Below, in pieces: positions 16,956-24,253 of a DNA stretch of 35,013 nt. Numbering within the stretch: position 1 is the first letter of the stretch; every line of letters begins with the position of its first letter. The notes beneath the pieces were generated by a model that was not told the origin of the DNA, did no database searches, and saw only the letters and a list, made by a program, of their open reading frames with translations. This DNA is from a virus. The stretch lies in IMG/VR virus record IMGVR_UViG_3300044679_000086; one strand, 5' to 3'. Both the position numbers and the translations under genes were made by a program.

Positions 16956-17134
16956 CTATTTTTATCCCACACAGTCTTATATAATTCCCTTCGCTCTGCA
17001 TGTCCTGCGCCATCCATATGGTTTCTCACTTGATTCTCAAGTTGTCGGTCATTAAGCTTGTACGTTTTTTTGAGTTCACAAAATGTTGCTGAATGCAAAT
17101 CATTCCAAGTTACCTTAGTCTTTTCTCTCTTCAT
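16952..17134 (-). CDS. Small hypothetical protein
   Basis: 60-aa ORF (MKREKTKVTWNDLHSATFCELKK...). Confidence 0.45.
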   Translation of the reverse strand: MKREKTKVTWNDLHSATFCELKKTYKLNDRQLENQVRNHMDGAGHAERRELYKTVWDKNR

Positions 17135-17234
17135 TTTTTTCTTTTCCCTTATTTAAATTATATTCCTTAAATAATTCTTCAAATGAAACGCCAGTAAGCT
17201 CTTTAACCAACTCGCCAAAACTAATAGCGTCCAT
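17115..17234 (-). CDS. Very small acidic ORF just downstream of the portal gene (not in the ORF track)
   Basis: Hand translation: MDAISFGELVKELTGVSFEELFKEYNLNKGKEKNEERKD (39 aa). A strong RBS (AAGGGGAG) lies 4 nt upstream of the ATG at 17234. Confidence 0.35.
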   Translation of the reverse strand: MDAISFGELVKELTGVSFEELFKEYNLNKGKEKNEERKD

Positions 17235-17250
17235 TTGCTCCCCTTGTGCT

Positions 17251-19353
17251 TCAATGATGTTGTTGATATCCACGAGGACTCCTTACTCTATGATGGGTTT
17301 CAATTACTTCTTTTACATGCCTATGGCCCATATCCTTATGTTTCAAGGTCAAATCCACTTCTTTTGCGAATTTCTCGGTCATCGCTTTAACGAGTTGAAC
17401 GTTTGCAGATTGTTGGCCTAAATGAAGGTCGGCGGTTACTTTGCGTTCATCTTGCTTTAAACGAGCCATATCTATTTGAAATTGTTGCTGCGCTTTCTGC
17501 TGGTCATGCTGCAACCTAGCCATATCCACTTGTGCTTTCATAGCCGAAGGATTTTGTTGTGCCTGTTGCTGCTGGGCTTGTTGCGCTTGTTTCTTCTCTT
17601 GCTCGTATTGTTGTACCCATTCATTGATTAATGACTTAAGCTCTTCAATGCCCTTTCCTTCCATGTTATCCAAGATGAAGTTCAACCCCTTTTCGGCCAT
17701 GAATTGAGCCACCAGAGGGGACATACCCATAATCTCCTTGACCATCATAATTGTTCTTGATTTTTGAACTTGGAAGCTTGCGCCTGCTTTAAGCGACACA
17801 TTGAGTGCATTGGTGTCGAAATCCATAGGCATGCCATCAGGCGAGTTGATTCGAACAAAATGCCTCTTACCTTCTTCATCCAATATGGGAAGGGTTCTTG
17901 GTGTGGTGAAATATTTAGGCATCAAATCAACGTAAATTTGAGCCACACGCTGGAATCCTTGCAGACAACCAACAATATAAGGCATTGCCGTTGCATTGGA
18001 CTGACTTGCAGCTTCAACAATGGCAACTCCAGACAATTGATTGTTGTTAATACCAAGACTGGCATCGTAAGAACCCAGCACGTTCTGAATAAGCGAATCG
18101 GCACCAGTAAATGCTTGCGCAATCTCAGGAGGAGCGGGAACACGCTGCACTTCTCTTATAGGATTACTAATAGGAAGGTCAGGATTAGACTCATGGACAG
18201 AATTATAAACAAGTACCGATTCCTTCTGTACATCTCGGTAAGCATCAAGAAATTGTTCTTCTTTTGGCAAAGCTTCTTTTGCCACCATAAACTTATGTTG
18301 GACTGTATTTTCAATCTCATTTGCGAGAGAAATACCGGCATAGTTTTTAAGGCGTTGCGCGCCTTTTGCATGATAAACATAGGGTCTGGTTACCTGTCGG
18401 ATGTTACCGTTTATTGGGGTTTTAATAAGGAGCGAATGACCGTCGATAAAAACTAGAGGCAGATGACTATAATCTGTTTCTTCGTATTCAATAACTTGGC
18501 TTTCGATGACGCGATAGCGACAAATGGTGTCTATCATCGTTTTACGGGGCTTGCCAATAATCGAAGGCGGAACGGTTATGTCATCCCATTCGTCGACCAT
18601 TTTTCGGTATTTACGCATGGTCATAACGCCGGCGTTGCGAACTTGAACTATTGTTTCATCCTTGCGCTTCTTTTCATAATAATCACCTACAACAACAATT
18701 TTGCTGTTGTCATTTAAGTAAGACCAATTAAAGCCTGCAAAGTCTCTTCTGAAGTTCAGAGTATTAATAGAAACATCAGGGTATTCATCCTGGAATTCTT
18801 CTGAATCTTTAGGGAATAATTCAAAGCAAAAATTGCCATCTCCTTTGTGAGAATAACGCGCAATTTTGTCAAAGCCACAAAGTGTTGGTTCGCAACGCGT
18901 GAATCGAATGGATTGATTCATGGACATAGGATGTTCGTAGTCTGTGAAGACTTTCATAACGCTAAACCCACCCGATAACAAATCTTTGTAGACTTCGTAA
19001 CGGGTGTGTTCATTGTTAGCATCCATGAATACATGCTTTAGATGCTGTTCTACTACTTTAATTGTAATTGGGTCGGCTTGGTCTTCATCAAATGCATTGA
19101 CCTGAATATCAGGTTCTTGTTTTGAGAATTCACCCAAAAGCCTGCTAATGTAGGCTTCCAAGACGTTAAATTCAAGCTGAGGCCGATTCATCGACATCAA
19201 CAGGGTGATTTCGTCATTTGTTAATGATGACTCAAACACAAACTTCCGGAACTCATTGTAGCGGTCGTAATTGTGCTTAAAATAGTCATGCGCATTGCGT
19301 ACTCTTTTCTTGATGCGCGCAAGATTATCTTGATAGCGTTTCGCTACGTCCAT
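17251..19353 (-). CDS. Portal protein (P22 gp1-like, with a long C-terminal helical extension)
   Basis: 700-aa ORF directly after the large terminase gene. The Gln-rich helical C-terminus (QQYEQEKKQAQQAQQQQAQQ...MARLQHDQQKAQQQFQIDMARLKQDERK) is consistent with the C-terminal barrel of P22-type portals. Confidence 0.8.
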   Translation of the reverse strand: MDVAKRYQDNLARIKKRVRNAHDYFKHNYDRYNEFRKFVFESSLTNDEITLLMSMNRPQLEFNVLEAYISRLLGEFSKQEPDIQVNAFDEDQADPITIKVVEQHLKHVFMDANNEHTRYEVYKDLLSGGFSVMKVFTDYEHPMSMNQSIRFTRCEPTLCGFDKIARYSHKGDGNFCFELFPKDSEEFQDEYPDVSINTLNFRRDFAGFNWSYLNDNSKIVVVGDYYEKKRKDETIVQVRNAGVMTMRKYRKMVDEWDDITVPPSIIGKPRKTMIDTICRYRVIESQVIEYEETDYSHLPLVFIDGHSLLIKTPINGNIRQVTRPYVYHAKGAQRLKNYAGISLANEIENTVQHKFMVAKEALPKEEQFLDAYRDVQKESVLVYNSVHESNPDLPISNPIREVQRVPAPPEIAQAFTGADSLIQNVLGSYDASLGINNNQLSGVAIVEAASQSNATAMPYIVGCLQGFQRVAQIYVDLMPKYFTTPRTLPILDEEGKRHFVRINSPDGMPMDFDTNALNVSLKAGASFQVQKSRTIMMVKEIMGMSPLVAQFMAEKGLNFILDNMEGKGIEELKSLINEWVQQYEQEKKQAQQAQQQQAQQNPSAMKAQVDMARLQHDQQKAQQQFQIDMARLKQDERKVTADLHLGQQSANVQLVKAMTEKFAKEVDLTLKHKDMGHRHVKEVIETHHRVRSPRGYQQHH

Positions 19354-19412
19354 TGTAGCTCCTTTAAGAGAAATCCTTTCTCTTGTTCAAGTATTTATTG
19401 TAACTTAATTAA

Positions 19413-20957
19413 CTATTTTGTATAAGCATTTTTCCTAAGCCGATTTAAATTCGTAGTGTTCATCGTTAAGTTTTTAGCTATGTCATTGTAATCGGTGCCA
19501 TTAATATGAGCTGATATTAGCAGTTTATCGATTAATGCAATTCTTATAGCGTCCGCGCATGTATCTGCAATGTCATCCCAACGATGCGTCTCATTTGCGG
19601 TAATCTTGCTCATATGCTCCAAGCACAGCTTAACATGGCGCCCAAATGCAGGAAAGGAAAGACGCCTTTCTGCTATATAAGGCTGTACTTCCAAGAACCT
19701 TTTTGTTTTATTTCCTTGCTCTCTAGTCCTAGGAATGTCCATAAGCTTCACTGTGCGTATTTCATCTAAAAGACTAAGCAACGTACCTCCAGTGGATTTC
19801 TTTTCAATAGCAATCATTTGTGGAGGTCGTTTATACCGCATGCATTGCTGCCAGAAATCTAGGAAAGTAGGTTTCAAGTCTTTTGGCTCGATACGCGTCT
19901 CCAACGTATCTATCCAATGGACTCCATATTGACCAGTCTTAATGCCAAATGATTCTATTTCATAAACACCCCAGAAGCTGAACACCGTTGCGTCATTATA
20001 ACTTTTTGCGGTTTCTGCAGTATCTGCGGTTATGAAACTATAAAGGATATATGGCTCATCTTCCAGCATCACAAACCATTCAGGTTTGAATAATGCGCCA
20101 CCTGATGGGATTGGGTCTTGCTGGTACTGACTGGCAAAGACATAGGGGTCTGTCTCTTGTTTTTTTAATAGCATCTCTTTGGGATTTACTTCAGGGTACA
20201 TAGCATTTCCTGCTTCATCTAAACTTTTTAGGATAACTTTATGCCAGTCATACCCATCTTTCCCGGAAATTAAGTAAGCTGCTAAGTCATCTTCATGGAG
20301 TCTTTGGCCGAGAAATATCGTAGGTACGTTGACTCCGCGGGCACGCTGCTGGATGGTTTCTCTGTAATTGTCGATAACAGATGTTCGAATTGTGTCAGAA
20401 TGTACCTCATCTGGTTTATGTGCGTCATCGATAATGACTGCACCTGTAAATCGGTTAAGCCCAGGCAGCCCTGCGTCCTGTCCAGTAATTGCGCCTCCTG
20501 AGCCAAAAGCTGCGACAGCTCCGCCTGCTGTTGTTTGGAAATACTCCCTTGCTTTTGAATCATGTCTAATCCTTACATCAAATAAAAAATTATAAGTTGA
20601 TAATTGCATAATCCGCTTTATTGTTTCTGTGTGTTTTGCTGCTAATACTTTGGAGTATGATATATAAAGAAATCGCGCATCAGGATATTTCGCCATCGTC
20701 CATGCAACCCACATGGCTAGCAATGTTGATTTCCCTGAACCGGGGCTTACGTTAATTAGAAGTTTGTGATTGGGTATTTCTAGACGAGCTGCCTCGGTAA
20801 GTGCTTCACTAATGATGAGATGATGTGACTGCCTTCCTTCAGGTTGTGAGACGATAAATGAACGTCCCGTAAGCAAAGGATAAAAGTATTTTGTAAACTC
20901 AATAAGGCTTCCTTTGAGTTTTGCCTTTAGACGGAAATGTTCATTTTCTGAGTTCAT
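19413..20957 (-). CDS. terL: Terminase large subunit
   Basis: 514-aa ORF with a Walker A-like motif (NVSPGSGKSTLLAMW) and a Walker B-like motif (GAVIIDDAHKPDE). A C-terminal nuclease-type region includes FITADTAETAKSYNDATVFSFWG. It lies immediately upstream of the portal gene. Confidence 0.9.
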   Translation of the reverse strand: MNSENEHFRLKAKLKGSLIEFTKYFYPLLTGRSFIVSQPEGRQSHHLIISEALTEAARLEIPNHKLLINVSPGSGKSTLLAMWVAWTMAKYPDARFLYISYSKVLAAKHTETIKRIMQLSTYNFLFDVRIRHDSKAREYFQTTAGGAVAAFGSGGAITGQDAGLPGLNRFTGAVIIDDAHKPDEVHSDTIRTSVIDNYRETIQQRARGVNVPTIFLGQRLHEDDLAAYLISGKDGYDWHKVILKSLDEAGNAMYPEVNPKEMLLKKQETDPYVFASQYQQDPIPSGGALFKPEWFVMLEDEPYILYSFITADTAETAKSYNDATVFSFWGVYEIESFGIKTGQYGVHWIDTLETRIEPKDLKPTFLDFWQQCMRYKRPPQMIAIEKKSTGGTLLSLLDEIRTVKLMDIPRTREQGNKTKRFLEVQPYIAERRLSFPAFGRHVKLCLEHMSKITANETHRWDDIADTCADAIRIALIDKLLISAHINGTDYNDIAKNLTMNTTNLNRLRKNAYTK

Positions 20958-21340
20958 TTAATATTTTACTTTTAATGCAAATCTGGGATGTTAAAGTCAT
21001 TAAAAAATCCTTTTTGACGAGCCTCTTCTTCTTTTCTTTTTAAATATGTACAAGAATATTTCATTTCTAAATAAGAAGGTAAATCTTCGGGCGGTTCTAT
21101 TCCGCTCATAATACAAAGACCTTCCCACCACGTCCATTTATCCTTTTTCAGCCAATGTACTTAGTTTTTTGGTTTCAACTTTTTAATTTTAAAAGACATT
21201 TTTATCACTCATTTTTATAAATTAAGCGATGGGCTTTCACCATCCCCGACCCTTATTACTGCCAGCCCTTGCAGAGCACTTATAGAGCATTTACCTACTT
21301 AGAGTAGCAGTAGCTCATTTTAGGTGAATGCTTGCACCTA

Positions 21341-21670
21341 TCAGCCATCATTGGAGGTAATGGCTGAATTCTTTTTATATTCTATGACAGTATCAAAACG
21401 TGTAATTGCTTCTTCCAAAGAAGCAATTTGACCGCTAACCCCGTCTATAATTTCCTGAAATTTATCTGTCAGTATCAGATATATAGGATTATTCCCAAGA
21501 GACTCAGAAAAACTAAGGCCTAATGATTTTTTTTCTGTTACACATAAATCTCGTGCCTTTACTAAAGAAAGTAAATATTCCTTCAACTTCTTTTTTTCTT
21601 TAAGTATGTCTTTCATAGATAAATTTTCGATCTTAGTTTTTTGTTCTTCTGTTAATTCATACATGTACAT
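21341..21670 (-). CDS. Hypothetical protein
   Basis: 109-aa ORF with coiled-coil-like composition. Confidence 0.5.
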   Translation of the reverse strand: MYMYELTEEQKTKIENLSMKDILKEKKKLKEYLLSLVKARDLCVTEKKSLGLSFSESLGNNPIYLILTDKFQEIIDGVSGQIASLEEAITRFDTVIEYKKNSAITSNDG

Positions 21671-21680
21671 TTCTCATTAA

Positions 21681-21821
21681 TGGTGACAACCGGTGGGAGT
21701 TGCACCCACTAGAGCCGGGCTGCTCAGCGATGAAGGTTTTATGGAAGGAGCCCCGTGCACACTATGTATCCCAAATTTAGCTTCATCTTTACTATACGTC
21801 ACTGTCCGTATTGCGATTGTC
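21681..21821 (-). ncRNA. tRNA-like structured RNA candidate ending in CCA, with a non-canonical or absent anticodon arm
   Basis: On the minus strand, GACAATCG (21821..21814) pairs with CGGTTGTC (21692..21685) and is followed by A-CCA. There is a T-arm-like hairpin GTGGG-TGCAACT-CCCAC (21709..21693) and a D-arm-like hairpin ATACG-GACAGTGA-CGTAT (21811..21794). A 7-bp helix GATGAAG/CTTCATC encloses 45 nt where the anticodon arm should be. Confidence 0.45.
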
Positions 21822-21825
21822 AAAT

Positions 21826-21900
21826 TGGCTCCCCGTGATAGATTCGAACTACCGACCAACAAATTAACAGTTTGCCGCACTACCGCTGTGCTAACGGGGA
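21826..21900 (-). tRNA. tRNA-Asn (anticodon GUU) with an encoded CCA
   Basis: Minus strand: TCCCCGT-TA-GCAC-AGCGGTA-GTGC-G-GCAAA-CTGTTAA-TTTGT-TGGTC-GGTAG-TTCGAAT-CTATC-ACGGGGA-G-CCA. It folds into a full cloverleaf with a 7-bp acceptor stem, GG in the D-loop, a TTCGAAT T-loop and anticodon loop CU-GUU-AA. Confidence 0.9.
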
Positions 21901-22035
21901 ATATTTATTTCTTTTCTTTTCTAATCTTCTGGCATTACGCGCTGTAATTGGCTTAATTGCATTATCGTGAGATTTCATCATCGTGCCGTTAACTTTGATA
22001 TTCGCTTGTTTAACTCTCATTACCCATTCCCTTCA

Positions 22036-22266
22036 TTAAAATATATCTCCACACGCTGAAGTAGATTGATAAATCTGCGGAAGTGAAGGCGGGTAACCAT
22101 CTGAACAATCCAGTATGGAATCTAGTTTCCTCTCCAGGTCCAGCAGTGCATTTTTATAACCAGAATTGTACCCACAAGCAAAACTTGCGGCATCTTGATG
22201 TACTAATGAGGGGAGTTTATTGGCTATTTCTGCTAATTTAACGTCAATACAATCGTTCAAAATCAT
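22036..22266 (-). CDS. Hypothetical protein
   Basis: 76-aa ORF. Confidence 0.45.
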   Translation of the reverse strand: MILNDCIDVKLAEIANKLPSLVHQDAASFACGYNSGYKNALLDLERKLDSILDCSDGYPPSLPQIYQSTSACGDIF

Positions 22267-22345
22267 TATGATGTCCTATCAATACCCGCCGATTTGAGCT
22301 TGTTGAAATGTGTGATAAAAACAGAGGCTTGGCGGGTGTATTCTT

Positions 22346-22543
22346 TTATTCTACATTATAAATTATCTGTATAAAATGCTTGCATGACTCGAGAGCGCTT
22401 TCCTGACTAACCCCTTCATTTTTCATCAAAGAAATGTAGGCAGCACCACAATAATGTAATGCACATCGAATATCGTCTTCGCCTCGTGTTCTAAAGAATT
22501 CAATGACCTCGTCTTTTATCCTTTCTTCATTATCAATCATCAA
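22346..22543 (-). CDS. Hypothetical protein
   Basis: 65-aa ORF with a 4-nt overlap with the small terminase gene. Confidence 0.45.
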   Translation of the reverse strand: MMIDNEERIKDEVIEFFRTRGEDDIRCALHYCGAAYISLMKNEGVSQESALESCKHFIQIIYNVE

Positions 22544-23019
22544 TAATCCTTTTTATACTCTTCTTCCAATTTCTTTTCATGCTCTAATGCTTTCTGGCTT
22601 TCTAAGGATTGAGTATCATTAACTTCAACTTTTTCCCCATAAATTCGAGGAGCTAAACGAGCGGCTTCCCATTTTAAATTATTAGCTCGTGCAATTCTCA
22701 TGCTAGCTGAAGGAGGGTCAATTCTTTTTTGTCCATTAGCATCTTCAATGTAAAGTAATGGGCAATCTAGTAAGTCATCAATCTGCTGGACCTTGATAAT
22801 TGCTTGCAAAGCCTTCGCTTCTAAATACTTCTTACGAAAATCTGGGTATTTTGCATGCCATTCATATATTGTTTTAGCAGCCGGAAAATCATCGTAAAGC
22901 TTCACAATAGTATCAAGACCAACAGGATTGGATGCTACTTTTTCACAAATAAGATCACCTAGTTTAGGAGTGTATTTCGTTGGTCTTCCTCTTTCTGGGT
23001 TGGTCACAATACACCTCAA
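22540..23019 (-). CDS. terS: Terminase small subunit (putative)
   Basis: 159 aa with a TTG or GTG start. The N-terminal HTH-type pattern (ERGRPTKYTPKLGDLICEKVASNPVGLDTIVKLYDDFPAAKTIYEWHAKYPDFRKKYLEAKA) and the C-terminal RIARANNLKWEAARLAPRIYGEK match a pattern I recall from small terminase / DNA-packaging proteins. Confidence 0.6.
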   Translation of the reverse strand: MRCIVTNPERGRPTKYTPKLGDLICEKVASNPVGLDTIVKLYDDFPAAKTIYEWHAKYPDFRKKYLEAKALQAIIKVQQIDDLLDCPLLYIEDANGQKRIDPPSASMRIARANNLKWEAARLAPRIYGEKVEVNDTQSLESQKALEHEKKLEEEYKKDY

Positions 23020-23255
23020 GTTTTATTGTAAGTATCTTCAAATAGTTTAACAGCTTCTTCACGCTTTAGCTTCGGGCTCGAATCCATTAATTCTTTAATC
23101 GCATCTTTGTACGCTTTACTCTTCTTATCAAGTTGTTTTGGTTTTACAACTTCTTTTTCGTCGTAAGAACCGTAACCATCGCAGGTAGAACAATCAACCT
23201 TAATCATCCCATTTCCATAAAGTTCGCCAGTGCCGCCACATCGACTGCAAAACAT
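23016..23255 (-). CDS. Small protein with DnaJ-type CxxCxGxG zinc-finger motifs
   Basis: 79 aa with CSRCGGTG and CSTCDGYG in the first 30 residues. It is the first gene of the long minus-strand operon. Confidence 0.55.
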   Translation of the reverse strand: MFCSRCGGTGELYGNGMIKVDCSTCDGYGSYDEKEVVKPKQLDKKSKAYKDAIKELMDSSPKLKREEAVKLFEDTYNKT

Positions 23256-23281
23256 AAGTTATCCTTAACCAAATTAACCAT

Positions 23282-23319
23282 GGAGTTTGACCGTTTGTTC
23301 CCGTTTACTCCCAAACTCC
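23282..23319 (-). promoter_or_regulatory. Leader hairpin with CCGTTT repeats upstream of the long minus-strand operon
   Basis: GGAGTTTG (23282..23289) and CAACTCC-type complement CAAACTCC (23312..23319) form an 8-bp inverted repeat. It encloses and flanks three CC(C)GTTT repeats (gaCCGTTTgttCCCGTTTact...CCCCGTTTagg). Confidence 0.35.
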
Positions 23320-23390
23320 CCGTTTAGGTCATCATAACATGCTATTTATACCAAGGAAACAAGGTAATTAAGCTTTAATGACTAAAACAC

Positions 23391-23419
23391 TTGACAAATA
23401 TAAGTGGATTAGTCATAAT
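23391..23419 (+). promoter_or_regulatory. Sigma70-type promoter for the small rightward operon
   Basis: TTGACA (23391..23396), a 17-nt spacer, then CATAAT (23414..23419). The -35 context TTGACAAATATAA is shared with the promoter at 26627. Confidence 0.6.
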
Positions 23420-23439
23420 TACTTCGTTAGTTAATAATT

Positions 23440-23460
23440 TTACGAGAATATAACAGGAGA
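23440..23460 (+). promoter_or_regulatory. Conserved 21-nt leader/RBS box, copy 1
   Basis: TTACGAGAATATAACAGGAGA is identical to 26715..26735 and ends 2 nt before the ATG at 23463. Confidence 0.7.
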
Positions 23461-23462
23461 AG

Positions 23463-23672
23463 ATGATGAATTTTGCCGATTTAACTGATTACCACTTTGC
23501 ATTCCATTGTGAAGTAGCGAATGATAAATGCGACCATTGGGAATATGATTTCTCAATAGAACGGTGGGACGACAAATATTGTCGCAACCTCAGCCAATTC
23601 GAAATAGAGCAACTTAAAGCAAATTGCAAAGGGATTTTAAGCGCAATTAGTGCAATTCAAGGAGGATGTTAA
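23463..23672 (+). CDS. Hypothetical early protein
   Basis: 69-aa ORF directly behind the promoter and leader box. Confidence 0.5.
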   Translation: MMNFADLTDYHFAFHCEVANDKCDHWEYDFSIERWDDKYCRNLSQFEIEQLKANCKGILSAISAIQGGC

Positions 23673-23673
23673 T

Positions 23674-23823
23674 ATGGCTTACTACGGAATGATGGATGGA
23701 TGGCATGGTGATGAATATGAGTGCCTGAATCAATGCGGTATGTGTAAAGATTGTGATGAGCATTACTATCACAAATGTGACACTGATTACGAAGAATGGC
23801 GCGATGATGAGCTAGCAGCTTAG
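23674..23823 (+). CDS. Small Cys-rich acidic protein (not in the ORF track)
   Basis: Hand translation: MAYYGMMDGWHGDEYECLNQCGMCKDCDEHYYHKCDTDYEEWRDDELAA (49 aa). The RBS GGAGG is 8 nt upstream and there is a 1-nt gap to the previous stop. Confidence 0.45.
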   Translation: MAYYGMMDGWHGDEYECLNQCGMCKDCDEHYYHKCDTDYEEWRDDELAA

Positions 23824-23832
23824 GGGAATAAT

Positions 23833-24033
23833 ATGGACGACGTGAATAAACTAATACCCATGCTATGGAATATGTCCCAAGGCAGGAAAAGAAGGCGCTT
23901 TACTGCAAATATACACTCCAAAGAGGAGGAAATCATTGTGAACATTTTAAGCGGTAATCGGTGGCGATGCTTTAAAAATAAAAATGCAGCTGCCTTAATA
24001 AGTGAAATTAAACAATCGTTAATTCTTGCGTAG
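23833..24033 (+). CDS. Hypothetical early protein
   Basis: 66-aa basic ORF. Its 3' end overlaps the convergent ORF 24008..24253 by 26 nt. Confidence 0.4.
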   Translation: MDDVNKLIPMLWNMSQGRKRRRFTANIHSKEEEIIVNILSGNRWRCFKNKNAAALISEIKQSLILA

Positions 24034-24253
24034 ATGAAGGGGTTTCGTACCCCTTTACATAATCTGGCATTCGATTACCCTTCCAAACGCCAATATGGCA
24101 CCTTAAAGCGTCGATAGGCAAATCCCCCACCATCATATCAACCTTGTCCTCTTCGCTTAATAAACGCAAAGCTACGAGCTTTGGTGACACTCCTAATTCG
24201 AACCCAAGCTTGCTTAGTATCTTTTTGCATTCATCTCGAGTCAGAAGTTCCAA
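24008..24253 (-). CDS. Hypothetical protein downstream of the P-like gene
   Basis: 81-aa ORF that overlaps the end of the P-like gene by 23 nt. Confidence 0.45.
   Translation of the reverse strand: MELLTRDECKKILSKLGFELGVSPKLVALRLLSEEDKVDMMVGDLPIDALRCHIGVWKGNRMPDYVKGYETPSSTQELTIV

Noticed and set aside
17764-18456. 230-aa plus-strand ORF, long for AT-rich DNA
   Set aside because: It lies entirely antisense to the well-supported portal gene. The translation is Cys/Arg/Ile-rich with no recognisable domain or RBS. It is most likely a shadow ORF of the portal reading frame.
20282-20595. Three short ORFs (93, 68 and 75 aa) inside the large terminase gene
   Set aside because: They are alternative-frame or antisense ORFs within a gene supported by Walker A/B motifs.
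21677-21947. ORFs 21677..21880 (-) and 21693..21947 (+)
   Set aside because: Both run through the tRNA-Asn gene and the tRNA-like element. RNA structure explains the region better than coding does.
21880-22020. 46-aa basic ORF (MRVKQANIKVNGTMMKSHDNAIKPITARNARRLEKKRNKYSPLAQR) with an AAGGGA-type RBS
   Set aside because: Its last 21 nt overlap the 5' end of tRNA-Asn on the same strand. It may be real, but it is too short and unsupported to call.
23282-23319. Intrinsic terminator interpretation of the GGAGTTTG/CAAACTCC inverted repeat
   Set aside because: The 22-nt loop and the absence of a U-run on either strand make it a poor terminator. I kept it only as a possible leader or regulatory structure.
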